Shown here: piece after piece, positions 37,678-50,459 of the stretch
Layout: every line of letters starts with the position of its first letter
Position numbering within the stretch: the stretch's first letter is position 1
Source: Squalus acanthias
Taxonomy: Eukaryota
NCBI GenBank assembly: GCA_030390025.1
Contig: CM059432.1
Coordinates: 153,142,001 to 153,206,000, forward strand
DNA: 64,000 nucleotides
Direction: 5' to 3'
Position numbers and translations under genes: made by a program
The notes under the pieces: model-generated
Told to the model about the DNA's origin: nothing
Database searches by the model: none
What the model saw: the letters and a program-made list of their open reading frames with translations, nothing else

Positions 37678-39790
37678 GCAGTGGTGGACATTTAAGGAGA
37701 TATTTCATAACTCAACAAAAATATATTCCCGTGAGAAAGAAAGATTTTAAGAGAAGGGAGCACCATCCGTGGCTAACTAAGAAAGTAAAGGATGGTATCA
37801 AATTGAAAACGAAGGCATACAATGTTGCCAAGATTGGTGGGAGACCAGAGGATTGGGAAATTTTTAAAAACCAGCAAAGGATGACTAAAAAAATAATATA
37901 GAGAGAAGATGAATTATGAGAGTAAACTGGCAAGAAATATTAAAACAGATAGTAAGAGCTTCTACAGGTATATAAAAAGGAAGAGAGTAGCTAAAGTAAA
38001 TGTTGGTCCCTTAGAGGATGAGACTGGGGAATTAATCATGGGGAACGGGGAAATGGCAGAGACTCTGAACAAATATTTTGTATCTGTCTTCACGGTAGAA
38101 GACACTAACAACATCCCAATAATGGATAATCAAGGGGCCACAGGGAGGGGGGAACTAAAGACAATCACTATCACTAAGGAAATAGTACTTGGTAAAATAA
38201 TGGGACTAAAAGACGACAAGTCCCCTGGACCAGATGGCCTGCATCCCAGGGTCTTAAAAGAAGTGGCTGCAGAGATAGTGGATGCATTGGTTGCAATATA
38301 CCAAAATTCCCTGGACTCTGGAGAGTTCTCAGCGGATTGGAAACCCACAAATGTAACACCCCTATTTAAGAAAGGAGGGAGACAGAAAGCAGGAAACTAT
38401 AGACCAGTTAGCCTAACATCTGTCATTGGGAAAATGCTGGAGTCCTTCATTAAGGAAGCAGTAGCATGGCATTTGGAAAATCATAATGCAGTCAAGCAGA
38501 GTCAGCATAGTTTTATGAAAGGGAAATCATGTTTAACAAATTTGCTGGAGTTCTTTGAGGATGTAACGAGCAGGGTGGACAAAGGTGAGCCAGTGGATGT
38601 GGTGTATTTGGATTTCCAGAAGGCATTCGATAAGGTGCCACATAAAAGGTTACTGCATAAGATAAGAGCTCACGGAGTTGGGGGTAATATATTAGCATGG
38701 ATAGAGAATTGGCTAACTAACAGAAAGCAGAGAGTCGGGATAAATGGGTCATTTTCTGGTTGGCAAACTAGTGGGGTGCCACAGGGATCAGTGCTGGGGC
38801 CTCAACTATTTACAATCTACATTAATGACTTGGATGAAGGGACCGAGTGTAATGTAGCCAAGTTTGTGGATGATACAAAGATGGGTGGGAAAGCAAGTTG
38901 TGCAGAGGACTCAAAGAACCTGCAAAGGGATATAGACAGGCTAAGTGAGTGGGCAAACATTTGGCAGATGGAGTATAATGTGGGAAAGTGCGAGGTTATA
39001 CACTTTGGCAGGAAAAATAAAAAAGCTAATTATTATTTAAATGGAGAGAGATTACAAAATGCTACAGTTCAGAGGGACCTGGGGGTCCTTGTGCATGAAA
39101 CACAAAAAGTTAGCATGCAGGTACAGCAAGTAATCAAAAAGGCAAATGGAATGTTGGCCTTTATTTCAAGGGGGTTGGAGTATAAAAGCAGGGAAGTCCT
39201 GCTACAACTGTACAGGGTATTGGTGAGACCACACCTTGAGTACTGCGTACAGTTTTGGTCTCCATATTTAAGGAAGGATATACTTGCATTGGAGGCAGTT
39301 CAGAGACGATTCACTAGGTTAATTCCAGAGATGAGGGGGTTGACTTATGAGGAAAGGTTGAACAGGTTGGGCCTATACTCATTGGAATTTGGAAGAATGA
39401 GAGGTGGTCTTATTGAAACATATAAGATGCTGAGGGGGCTCGACAAGGTAGATGCAGAGAGGATGTTTCCCCTCGTGGGGAAATCTAGAACTCGGGGGCA
39501 TAGTTTCAGAATAAAGGGTCGCCCTTTTAGAACTGAGATGAGGAGGAATTTCTTCTCTCAGAGGGTCATAAATCTGTGGAATTCTCTGTCCCTGAGAGCT
39601 GTGGAGGCTGGGTCATTAAATACATTTAAGGTGGAGATAGACAGATTTTTGCAAGATAAGGGAGTGAAGGGTTGTGGGGAGCGGGCGGGAAGTGGCTTTG
39701 AGCCCAAGATCAGCCGTGATCTTATAGAATGACGGAGCAGGCTCGAGGGGCCAAGTGGCCTATTCCTGCTCCTATTTCTTATGTTCTTAT
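37678..39790 (+). mobile_element. 5'-truncated CR1 LINE
   Basis: ORF2 peptides from ~37680; 3'UTR; TTCTTATGTTCTTAT tail. Confidence 0.95.
37909..39732 (+). CDS. CR1 ORF2 partial (RT), 607 aa open; small lesions (FVDD, short deletion before TSGVPQG, altered C-terminus)
   Basis: Same RT motifs as 10397-12118. Confidence 0.9.
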   Translation: MNYESKLARNIKTDSKSFYRYIKRKRVAKVNVGPLEDETGELIMGNGEMAETLNKYFVSVFTVEDTNNIPIMDNQGATGRGELKTITITKEIVLGKIMGLKDDKSPGPDGLHPRVLKEVAAEIVDALVAIYQNSLDSGEFSADWKPTNVTPLFKKGGRQKAGNYRPVSLTSVIGKMLESFIKEAVAWHLENHNAVKQSQHSFMKGKSCLTNLLEFFEDVTSRVDKGEPVDVVYLDFQKAFDKVPHKRLLHKIRAHGVGGNILAWIENWLTNRKQRVGINGSFSGWQTSGVPQGSVLGPQLFTIYINDLDEGTECNVAKFVDDTKMGGKASCAEDSKNLQRDIDRLSEWANIWQMEYNVGKCEVIHFGRKNKKANYYLNGERLQNATVQRDLGVLVHETQKVSMQVQQVIKKANGMLAFISRGLEYKSREVLLQLYRVLVRPHLEYCVQFWSPYLRKDILALEAVQRRFTRLIPEMRGLTYEERLNRLGLYSLEFGRMRGGLIETYKMLRGLDKVDAERMFPLVGKSRTRGHSFRIKGRPFRTEMRRNFFSQRVINLWNSLSLRAVEAGSLNTFKVEIDRFLQDKGVKGCGERAGSGFEPKISRDLIE

Positions 39791-39939
39791 TCCGAAAAAT
39801 TAAATAACAAAGCCCTGCATTGTTAGAGTTACCCAATGGATCCATGTTCAGGTCCACTAAATAAATCAGTGGATATTGAAAAGCACCATGACCCCACACA
39901 CTGAAATCAGCACCACTGGGTTATACAGGGCCAGGTTAT

Positions 39940-40328
39940 ATATATGTTGCATACATATACTTGGAGCATTATATGTGGTGCATGCATATACTTGTACTAT
40001 TTACATGGTATATGGATAAATGTATAGCATTATCTATAGTGTGTACTTGTATTTGTGACATTGTATATGGTTCATGCATATACTTGTAGCAGTATACATG
40101 GTGCATGTACATTCTTGTAATATTATGCATGGTACGTATATACCTATTCTTGAAACACTGTACATGGTGCATGCATATACTTGTAACATTATATGTGGGG
40201 TGTACATATATGTAACATTATATGGTGTATACATATACTTGCAATGTTATATACATAAATGTTTATCATTATATATGGTGCATATATGTATTTGTAGCAT
40301 TGTACATGGTGTGTACATATACTTGTAG
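39940..40328. repeat. Degenerate AT-rich tandem repeat (TATATGGTGCATGCATATACTTGTA-like, ~30 bp)
   Basis: Recurring ATGGTG..CATATACTTG motif. Confidence 0.75.
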
Positions 40329-41427
40329 GTCCTATTTTTAGGAAAATAAAATTAAAGGCCCTAGCAACAACTTTCTCAAAATCCATTAGAAAAATTACAG
40401 GATATCTTAAACATGATACCTTAAGATAAAATCACACTAAAGATAATTTATTTAGCCTTTCTCTTTGGGAAACAGAATAAATTCATCTAACTTTTGCTGA
40501 AAAGGGTGCTGAAATCTAATCCTCTTCTCCAGGGATGATCCTATTTGCCACACAAAGCTGACGTGCGACAGAAAGTTGAACTAATGTCCCGGGCAGGCCC
40601 TGGCATCCATTTGGTCGTGGTCTGGTCAGCAATAATTTGCTTGTTTTACCAGTGTTACTGAGCCTGTTTCCAGTTGAGCTGTCAGAATGAGGCAGACCTT
40701 CAGGTGCCAGCCTGACAGACTCTCACCACTCTCCTGTTGGCTGCCTGCAGTGATGTTAGGTAGATCTGGCAAAACAGCAACTGCCAGGCCAAGAGAGAGG
40801 AACAGCACACCTACTGTGGTGGTGGTGGGGGAAATAGAAACAGTCATACAGCTACGGAGAAAGAGATGGGTTGCGGAGGTGGGGAGGGGGACTGAGAAGC
40901 AGTGGATGGAAAAAGCAGAATTACTGACGGAGGGAAACAATCATGTAGCACCTTGGGTGCGAGGCAGAGGCGTAGCGAGGAACAGAAATTTGGGTGGGCC
41001 TGTGCCAGCGACAAAAGGTCTGATGTCACAGTGAATCATATCCTACAAATAACTGCAGTCACCAATTTGTTTTAATGGACGCAGGGTTGAAACGTTTCAG
41101 AGACAGATACACAGGATCGTATGTCTAGAGGTTCAACCCATGCCCGCTCGTGTTATCTGTTATTCTGATCAGTGGCCAGTCTCCCTCATGGTGGCCATTT
41201 TAAGGCTGGGCTTTGCTGCTGTGCTCGTGTCTGATTGCTAACTTGGGGAGATCGACACTCCGCTGCTGCAGCATCCTCGCAGGCTCAGATTTGGGTGGGC
41301 CTGGGCGCTAGTTGTGGATGTGTTTCCTGGTGTGGGAAAAAGGCATTGAGTGGGATATGAAGCAGGTGTGGAAGTAACAGAGGGTTAGTGGTGAGAGGTG
41401 TCTAAAGCAAGGGGGTGGGGATGTTTG

Positions 41428-41640
41428 AGCGGGAGGCTCTGGAATTCCTTCCCTCGACCTCTCCGCCTCTTTACTTTTTTCCTCCTTAATACCTACCTCT
41501 TTGACCAAGCTTTGGGACATCTGCTGTAAGATCTCCTTATGTGGCTCGATGTCAAATTTTGTTTTCGATAACGCTCCTGTGAAACGCCCTGGGACATTTT
41601 GCTACGTTAAAGACGCTATATAAATGTAAATTGTTGTTGT
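41428..41640 (+). mobile_element. L2 3' end
   Basis: CTCTGGAATTCC...GATAACGCTCCTGTGAAACGCC..GCTATATAAATG..TTGTTGTTG. Confidence 0.8.
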
Positions 41641-43942
41641 AATTGCGAAATTCTATTTATTAATCTTTTCATCCTGATCTATATCTGGCTATGCTCAAGG
41701 TATGAGGGTTAATTCCACATTTTCTTAGAACGCTGCTGCTTGCCCTTGCTGATCTCATTTTACCTACATCAGTGTGAAGTTTAAATGCTATGTTTGATCT
41801 GGTTCAAATGGTTTTGAAAGGCCGTAAGTTATAGAATTGCATTACAAGCTGTACGGTGACCCAGTGAGGTTGTACATCAAAGTAAGAGAGTGCTGGTAAG
41901 TTATGATGGGTGTATATAGATGTGTGTGTGGGTGCGGAGGGGCTATTCATTAATTGCAATGCCAATACAGACACACACCTCCACATTAGAAAAAAAAGGT
42001 TCTCACTGTCAGGGTGGCTTCCTGGTTAAGATTGATGTAATAGGACCCCAATTTGCACAAATGTAAGACTGAGGCAGGTGCCTCATACGCCTGAAAAATT
42101 AGGAATTTTAAAATTTCAACAGAGTGGGTAATTCACCTGCTCCATTTTAACTGTATCCTCTCCGCCCGCCCCCCACAACCCCCCCCTCCCCCAACCCGGT
42201 TTCTATCAAGTGGGAGGAATTAAAATTTCCCCCTCAGTGCAAAAACTCTTCACTAGCTGGCCCCCAACAGCAAACATAATCTAGCACAATTCAGAACAAA
42301 TGAGAAGGAAAAGAATCCAGCTTTAATTGCCATGACTAGCCTAGTAGCTAAGAATAATGCTTTGCATGTGTGCACAGCACAGTCACAGTATAGAGTCCTG
42401 GTGGAAACTATACTGCAAGAAATTAATAAGCAAAACCTCAAAGGTAATAATCTCTAGATTACTACCTGAGCCACGCGCACATTGACATAGTGTCAGACAG
42501 ATCAGAGAGTTGAATGCGTGACTCAAAGAGTGGTGTGGGAGGAAGGGGTTTCGATTCATGGGGCACTGGCACAAGTACTGGGCAAAGAGGGAGCTGTTCC
42601 GTTGGGACGGGCTCCACTTAAACAAGGCTGGGACCAGTATCCTGGTGAATCGAATAACTGGGGCTGTAGATAGGGCTTTAAAATAAAAAGGGGGTGGGGG
42701 AGGGTTCAGGTGAGGGGAAATTTATAAATTTAAAGAGAAAGGTTAAGGCCATAGAGCAGTGCAGTGATTTGGGTAAAGATAAGCAGAGTGTGACAGGAAG
42801 GAACAATGAGTTTAACAGTAATTGTACATCTGTGAATAAGGTCAAATCGAGGAAGAATGTTAAAAAGTTAAAATTAAAGGCACTATATCTGAATGCACAA
42901 AGCATTCATAGCAAGATAGATGAATTAATGGCACAAATAGAGATAAATGGGTTTTATCTAATAACCATTTCAGAGATGTGCTTACAAGGTGACCAAGGTT
43001 GGGAACTAAATATTCCTGAGTACTTGACATTTCAAAAAGACAGAAAAAATGGAAAAGGGGGGTGGGGGTAGCTCTGATAATAAGGACTGTAGTGAGGAAT
43101 GATCTTGGCTTGGAAGAGCAGGAAGTAGAATTAGTATGGGTGGAGATAAGAAATAACAAGGGACAGAAAACACTGGCAGGAGTAGTTTATAGGCACCCTA
43201 ACAGTAGCTATACTGTTGTACAGAGTATTCATCAAGAAATAAGAGGAGCTTGTAACAAGGGTAATGCTATAATCGAGGGGGACTTTAATCTTCATATAGA
43301 CTGGACAAATCAAATTGGCAAAAGTAGTTTGGAGGATGAGTTCATGGAATGCATTCGAGACAGTTTACCAGAACAATACATTGTGGACCAAGCAGGAAAG
43401 AGGCTATTTTAGATCTTATATTATGTAATGAGACAGGGTTAATTAGTAATCTCATAGTAAGGGATCATTTGGGGAAAAGTGACGTACTTAAGTCCGAAAC
43501 TAGATGATTAAACTTAAATAAAGCCAATTACATAGGTATGAGCGGCGAGTTTGTTAAGGTAGATTGGGAAATTAGATTTAAAGGGACGGATGGTAGATAA
43601 GCAATGGCAAACATTTAAAGAAATATTTTATTATTCTGAACGAATATACATTCCATTGAGAAATAAAAACTCCAAAGGAAAAGTGATCCAACCGTGGCTA
43701 ACTAAAGAAGTTAAGGATAGCATTAGATTAAAAGAAGAGGCTTATAATGTTGTCAAAAAGAGTAGTAAGCTTGTGGATTGGGAGTGTTTTAGAAAACAGC
43801 AAAGGATGTCCAAAAAAAATGATGAACAGGGAGAAAATAGAATGAGAGTAAACTAGCAAGAAATATAAAATCAGATTGTAAGAGCTTCTACAAGTATGTA
43901 AAAAGGAAGAGAGTAGCGGAAGTAAATGTGAGTCCCTTAGAG

Positions 43943-44119
43943 CAGCGGTTCCCAACCTTTTCCTTCATGTGGACCACCAGCCGTTTAAAAATTGCTTCTG
44001 CGGACCACCAGACGTTTAAATTTTTTTTAACAGCCTATGGCTGACAGGAGTCAAACTTATATATTTTTTTTCACGGACCATCTGCAGTACCCTCGCGGAC
44101 CACAGGTTGGGAAACGCTG
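43943..44119. mobile_element. hAT (Charlie-like) MITE, 177 bp
   Basis: TIR CAGCGGTTCCCAACCT / AGGTTGGGAAACGCTG; perfect 8-bp TSD CCTTAGAG. Confidence 0.92.
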
Positions 44120-44177
44120 CCTTAGAGATTGAAACAGGAGAAATTATAATGGGGAATAAGGAAATGGCAGAGATGTT

Positions 44178-45955
44178 AGGTTAGATTTTTCTAACCTTGG
44201 TGGGTCCAGGGCGGGCGATGTCGGTGGTGGTGGAGACCTCGCATCTGTGTTGATCCTGGCCTCCGAGAAGATATTCCGATGATGGGGCTTGTTAAGCCCG
44301 CCCTGCGAGGTTTCCGGCCAATTAATAGGAAGCGGGTCAAATGATGTCATTTGATGATGCGTCATCAGCTGGTTTCCTTAAAGGGGCCATGTCCAAATTG
44401 ATTTTGACAGTTGTGCTGTCAGTGTTCTACAGCATTGAGGTGCTGCAAACACTGACAAGCACTGCACAAAATTGCACGGCCACACCCAGGCTCTCCCATG
44501 ACTCCCTCCATACGTTTATGGAGGGAGTCACAACACGCAGGGAGGTTCTCTTCCCTTCCAATGGGCGAAGACACCTCCCCAGGACATCAACGCAGCCTGG
44601 TTGCATATTGCACAGGAGGGCACAAGCAGGGATGTTGTCAGGAGGACCTGGCTGCAGTGGTGCAAACCTTTCGATGATCTCAGTAGATCACGAAACGTTA
44701 CTGCAAAGCCACACTCAACCTCATCCTGCTGTACCCCTCATCACATTCCCATCACTCTGCCTTCCCTACCCTACTCCTGCACATCCTTACTCACACCAAC
44801 TTATCTTGCACCTCCACCCATCCCTCTCTATCTACATTATCACTTCCGCATCTCACTAGCCACCCCTCACGCTCACCTTCATCCAAGCATACCAACTAAC
44901 AGCACACAAGGGTAGGCACTTGGGTGTTTTCGCCAATGTTCATGTGAAGTTTCTGGTAAACATTGAAATCTTTATTTTCAACACTTTGCGTTCTTGGACA
45001 GATTTGTGTGCACCTTTGGAAGTGTCTTAGTGAGTTGCAGTGAATGGTGAGACATAATGTCCCCCTCCCCCACCCCACCAATGGTGATGAGTGTGAAAGG
45101 ATTGGCTTGGACATTGTAGGGATGCTTTATGGTGTTGGTGTGGGGTGGTGCCAACCTGGTGCATCATGTGGCAGCCAGGGTGTACAGCGTCAAGCGAAAT
45201 AAATCTGGACATGGTGAGGCCATCGCTGGCGTCCCGGGCAGCAATGTGCACAGGTGATGATTCCCTGTGTCCAGTGTAGCATCAGTTGATTGCGGAGAAG
45301 GTTGGTGTGGATGTTGGTGCTGCTGGTGTGCCCGGTGTTCTGGTGTTGGGGCTGATTGTTTTGGGATTCTGAGGACCAAGGTGAGATTTTTTCAAGGGCA
45401 CCGATGCTAATGGAATAGATGGCAGGTGAGGTTGAGATGACAGAAGTAATCTGTCAATGTTCAGATGGGTTGTTCCAAGGAGGTGACAGAGGATAGAGAG
45501 ATTACTCCAAACACTTCAAAAGTGCATAAAGCTCAAAAATGGGTTCCAAATACTGAAGGCTGAAGCTTCTGAGATTGGAAAGTGACCAGCTGTAAAATGG
45601 TGGCTTTTATACCACCTTCGCAGCTGTGACCTAATGAAACAAATGGAGAGTTGTTCAGAACCCGACATACTTACCTGGCGTGATCCCCGAGTGACAGGAA
45701 CCTCGAGGAAAACTTGGGAAAATACTTCGAACCTGCTAAAATGTTGATTCAATTGCCTTAACTACCCTGTTAACTATCAGAATTGCTTGACCCACCGCTT
45801 AGTGCTGGGTCTGCAACGCACAGGCAGAGCCGACACTAGGGAAACTCACAAGGAGGCGGGTTCAGAGCGGGATACCGGCCCGCTGTCAATCTTTTTGATT
45901 TTGACAGCGGACCCGCCTCCAAACCCACCCTCTGAACGGCAGCAAAATTCAGCCC
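44178..45955 (+). mobile_element. Non-autonomous Harbinger, sister copy of 13741-15498
   Basis: Collinear with 13741-15498; right end AAAATTCAGCCC; flanked by GTT/GTT; CR1 resumes after it. Confidence 0.85.
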
Positions 45956-46825
45956 GTTGTATCTGTCTTCACAGTAGAAGACACAATAAATATACCAGAA
46001 ATAGTGAGAATGAGGAACTTAAAGTAATTAATATTAGTAAAGAAAAAGTACTGGAGAAATTAATGGGACTAAGGCCGACAAATCCCCTGGGCTTGACCAC
46101 ATACATCCTAGTGTTCTAAAAGAGGTGGCTGCAGAGATAGTGGATGCATTGGTTGTGATCTTCAAAAATTCCACAGATTCTGGAACAGTCCCAGTGGATT
46201 GGAAGGTAGCAAATGTAACACCGCTATTAAAGAAAGGAGGGAGAGCATAAACAGAGAACTAGAGGCCAGTTAGCCTGACATCAGTCATTGGGAAAATGCT
46301 GGAATCATTATTAAGGAAGTGGTTACAGGGCACTAGTTAAAGGGGCACTGTCGTCACAAAAGTGTTTGCAAATACTGTGCACTGATGTACGTCTGTATGT
46401 ATATATCTGTGATACCATTACAATGGATAAATCTCATGGGGTTCGAACTTCAACAAAAATGGTTTCCGCTCTTTCATGAAGAGAGAGCTCCTTCAAAGGA
46501 AATCGTTATTATAGGGAATACACATTTTGCATATAAACTCGTTACCCATGTATGTGTCCCACATTAGGTTTTAAATATATCCTTTGGCAAAATTTCCACA
46601 GGTGTTCCCCAATCTCCTGCAATTTCTCTGGGATTCCTACTGATCTTCCGTGGAAAATTTTAAACCCCTACTGCTTTATAGTTGTGTCCATGTAAAAGCC
46701 CCTAGTCAGAGCCCTGCAAACACACATTTGGTGCACTGCACAATTTAGATGCAGTCCAACAAAGTCAGTCAGAAATTCTCCTGGATCATGTGCATTAGGT
46801 GGTGCTGATTATGTAGCTCTTATAC

Positions 46826-47612
46826 ACACCTCGCCCCTCCCTATCTCTGTAACCTCCCCCAGCCCCTACAACCCTCCCTATCTCTGTAATCTCCTCCGGC
46901 CCTACAACCCTCCCTATCTCTGTAATCTCCTCCAGCCCTACAACCCTCCCTATCTCTGTAATCTCCTCCAGCCCTACAACCCTCCCTATCTCTGTAACCT
47001 CCCCCAGCCCCTGCAACCCTCCCTATCTCTGTAATCTCCTCCGGCCCTACAACCCTCCCTATCTCTGTAATCTCCTCCGGCCCTACAACCCTCCGTATCT
47101 CTGTAATCTCCTCCAGCCCTACAACCCTCCCTATCTCTGTAATCTCCTCCAGCCCTACAACCCTCCCTATCTCTGTAATCTCCTCCAGCCCTACAACCCT
47201 CCCTATCTCTGTAACCTCCTCCAGCCCCTACAACCCTCCCTATCTCTGTAATCTCCTCCAGCCCTACAGTCCTCCCTATCTCTGTAATCTCCTCCGGCCC
47301 TACAACCCTCCCTATCTCTGTAACCTCCTCCAGCCCTACAACACTCCGAGATATCTGCGCTCCTCCAATTCTGGCATCCCCCATTTTAATCGCTCCACCA
47401 TTGAGGTGACCTCAGCTGCCAAGGCCCTAAGCTCGCTCCCTCCCTAAACCTCTCCGCCTCTCTACCTCTCTTTCCTCCTTTAAGACGCTCCTTAAAACCA
47501 ATATCTCCTTAGGCTCGGTGTCAAATTCTGTTTGATAACGCTCCTGTGAAGCGCCTTGGGACGTTTTACTACATTAAAGGCGCTACATAAATGCAAGTTG
47601 TTGTTGTTGTTG
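46826..47612 (+). mobile_element. L2 3' fragment containing an expanded minisatellite
   Basis: Matches 26415-26748 outside the array. Confidence 0.85.
46838..47345. repeat. 36/37-bp minisatellite, ~14 units (CCCTATCTCTGTAATCTCCTCCAGCCCTACAACCCT)
   Basis: Units read directly. Confidence 0.95.
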
Positions 47613-47714
47613 AATGCAGACTGCTGAAGGCAGCTTTGATCTAACCAAATTACTTCCTGCAAAGAACGAGAAAGTGTGTGAAAAATTGTCAGTCAAGTTA
47701 TATAACTCAATCAT

Positions 47715-48492
47715 GTAAGAAGTGTGAGGTGATGCATTTTGGCAGAAGGAACAGGAGAGGCAATATACACTTAATGGCACAGTTTTAAAGAGTGTGCAGG
47801 GACACAGGGACCTCGGAGTTAATGTGCATAGGTCCCTGAAGGTGGCAGGACATATTGAGAGAGTGGTTAACAAAGCATATGGGATCTTGGGCTTCATAAA
47901 TAGAGGTATTGTGTACAAAAGTAGAGAAGTTATGTTGAACCTTTAAAAAGCGCTGGTTAGGCCACAACTGGTGTATTGCGTCCAGTTCTGGTCACCACAC
48001 TTTAGGAAGGATGTGAAGGTCCTTGAGAGGGTGCAGAGGAGATTTACCAGAATGGTTCCGGGGATGGGGGATCTTAGCTACAAGGACAGGTTGGATTTGT
48101 TTTCATTAGAGCAAAGGAGGTTGAGGGGTGATTTGATAGAGGTGTACAAGATTATGACGGGTTTGGAAAGGCTAGACGGGGAAAGGCTGGTACAAGGACT
48201 AGGGGACACAGATTTAAGGTTTTGGGCAAGAGATACGGGGGGGGGGGGGGGATGTGAGGAAAAACTTTTTTACGCAGCGAGTGGTGAGGACCTGGAACTC
48301 GCTGCCGACGGAAGTGGTGGAAACGGAGACACTCAATGTTTTCAAGGGGAGACTGGATGGGCACTTGAGGGAAATAAACTTGTAGGGCTACAGGGATAGA
48401 GCGGGGGAATGGGACTGACTGGATTGCTCTACAGGGAGCCGGCATGGACTCGATGGGCCGAATGGTCTCCTTCTGTGCCGTTATGACTCTAT
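47715..48492 (+). mobile_element. CR1 3' fragment; its (ATGACTCT)n tail continues at 52639-52654
   Basis: ORF 47971 [14 protein letters not shown]; 3'UTR ATGGGCCGAATGG. Confidence 0.85.
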
Positions 48493-49004
48493 GGGGTAAA
48501 AATTCAGTTGGTTGCGCCTCCCGTTAGCGCCTTAAATGGGCGCTAATGGGGCGTTAAGGCGCTAACGCCCGGGCGCGGCGCTGTTTGCGCCGCTCGAGAA
48601 CTTAACTTGAGATTGTGCGGCGGCGCTAAAACTTACCGCTGCGACCACCTGCGCGCGCAGATTGTGACGTCAGTCCGTGGTGCAACGCCGTTGGGGCGCC
48701 CCGGAGCGGAAATTGAGTGGCGCCCCCTGCCTTACCGCCTGGCGCTTCCAACGACCGGAAGACTGGAACGTTATCAATCGGTCTGGGGCTGGGGGGGGCG
48801 CTATTTAAAGGGGGCCTCTTCCTGTCTTTTTCTGTGGTCGACATTTATGCACCACTCGTTCTGAGAGAGAGAGAGAGATTCGGAGAGAGAGAGAGAGAGA
48901 CTTCTACATTGACTCAACGCTTTGTGAGGTAGTTTTGCCTAGTTCATCCTAACTTTGCTGCTACTTTCGTTGCTGTACCTCATTACTTTTCTGGCAAAGA
49001 GAAG

Positions 49005-50165
49005 ATGGGGGCTGCAATGATTGGGGGCGTCGTCCTGCTCCAGCTCAATCGGAGCAGAGTGAGACGCAGACAGAGAGTGGCAATGATGGCCAGACGGAGG
49101 AGGCCCATCAGGCGCATGTACAGGAGAGCTTACCCTCCCAGGGTATATCGTGAACAGCTCTCCTACATCCACATGTCCGAGGAGCTGTGTTTGCGAAGGC
49201 TGCGATTCAGCAAGGAGGTGGTCACTGAGCTCTGCCACCTGCTGCAGCCAGATCTGCAGCCTCAGCTGAGGTCCAGGACGTCTCTGTCGGTGGCAGTGAA
49301 GGTCACAGTGGCCTTGAACTTCTACGCCACTGGCTCATTCCAAGCTGCTGTTGGGGACCTCGCCAATATCTCCCAGTTTGCGGTGCATCGCTGCATCCGG
49401 CAGGTCACCAATGCCCTCTTCACAAGGAGACGAGACTTCATCTCCTTCCCTATGACCCCAGACAAGCAGCATGACCGTGCTATGGGCTTTGCGAGGGTAG
49501 CGGGCTTCCCCATGGTGCAGGGCGCCATTGACTGCACGCATGTGGCTTTGCGTGCTCCGCGAGAGAATGCAGAGGAGTTCCGGAACAGAAAAGGGTTCCA
49601 TTCCTTGAATGTGCAGTTGGTCTGTGACCACAGACAGGTGATTCTCGCTGTCAATGCCCACTATCCGGGCAGCTGCCACGATGCTTTCATCCTGCGCCAG
49701 AGTACTGTGGCAGAAATTTTCGAGGCACCGCATCAGCCAGTCGGTTGGCTTCTGGGGGACAAGGGGTACGCATTGAGCACCTGGCTGATGACACCGCTCC
49801 GTGCGCCAAACACCCCTGCTGAGCTGCGGTACCAGGAAAGCCAACAAGCAACGAGGAACATTATTGAGCGCACAATCGGCGTGCTCAAACAACGATTCCG
49901 CTGTCTGGACCATTCCGGAGGAGCCCTGCAGTACTCGCCTGAGCAAGTTTCCAAATTCGTAGTGGTGTGCTGCATGTTGCACAACATGGCAATCCTCAGG
50001 ACGCAGCCAATGCCACCAGGCCTTGCAGCACCACAAGAGGAGGAGGAGGAAGAGGAGGAACTGGCCGAGGACGATGATCAGCAGCAGCACCAAGGCAGGA
50101 GGGCGGCCCACAATGGTCAAACTGCAAGGGCCGTCCGTCAACGACTAATAGCAAGCCGCTTCTAG
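49005..50165 (+). CDS. Harbinger DDE transposase (HARBI1-like family), 386 aa
   Basis: [31 protein letters not shown] and RNIIERTIGVLKQRFR motifs; single exon, no stops. Confidence 0.95.
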   Translation: MGAAMIGGVVLLQLNRSRVRRRQRVAMMARRRRPIRRMYRRAYPPRVYREQLSYIHMSEELCLRRLRFSKEVVTELCHLLQPDLQPQLRSRTSLSVAVKVTVALNFYATGSFQAAVGDLANISQFAVHRCIRQVTNALFTRRRDFISFPMTPDKQHDRAMGFARVAGFPMVQGAIDCTHVALRAPRENAEEFRNRKGFHSLNVQLVCDHRQVILAVNAHYPGSCHDAFILRQSTVAEIFEAPHQPVGWLLGDKGYALSTWLMTPLRAPNTPAELRYQESQQATRNIIERTIGVLKQRFRCLDHSGGALQYSPEQVSKFVVVCCMLHNMAILRTQPMPPGLAAPQEEEEEEEELAEDDDQQQHQGRRAAHNGQTARAVRQRLIASRF

Positions 50166-50459
50166 GGCCCCTGCCAGTGCTACAAACACGAATCAACCCA
50201 GCACGCAACCCCTAAGCCGGCCAAGGCACCAATAATTCCAACCACCAGCCATGTATATTTTGAATACAGAAACTTATTTATTGTACAAACTCTGTGTGTG
50301 TCAATTCCTCATGACAAACTCATAGAAATAAACACAAAAAAACAGTCAATAACATAACTGGTTCTCACAACCTGGAGATAATGTCCAAAACACTAAACAA
50401 AAGTTGGGCCATGAACCTCGGCCTTTAATAAAAAAATGACCAGCATTTTGGCACACCTC

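Larger units (their letters stand above)
42430..46335 (+). mobile_element. Degraded CR1 (ORF1 C-terminus, ORF2 endonuclease, start of RT) with nested hAT and Harbinger insertions
   Basis: LYLNAQSI, ITISEMCL, GVVYRHPN and GDFN endonuclease motifs; ORF1 esterase end (GLHLN) at ~42610. Confidence 0.85.

Noticed and set aside
10397..39732. Autonomous CR1 elements
   Set aside because: The long RT ORFs are 5'-truncated and lack the endonuclease and ORF1
41170..41205. Strong Kozak GCCACCATG on the minus strand
   Set aside because: Stop codon after six codons (MRETGH*)
46795..47384. EEITEIGRVVG repeat protein
   Set aside because: Antisense translation of the L2-derived minisatellite
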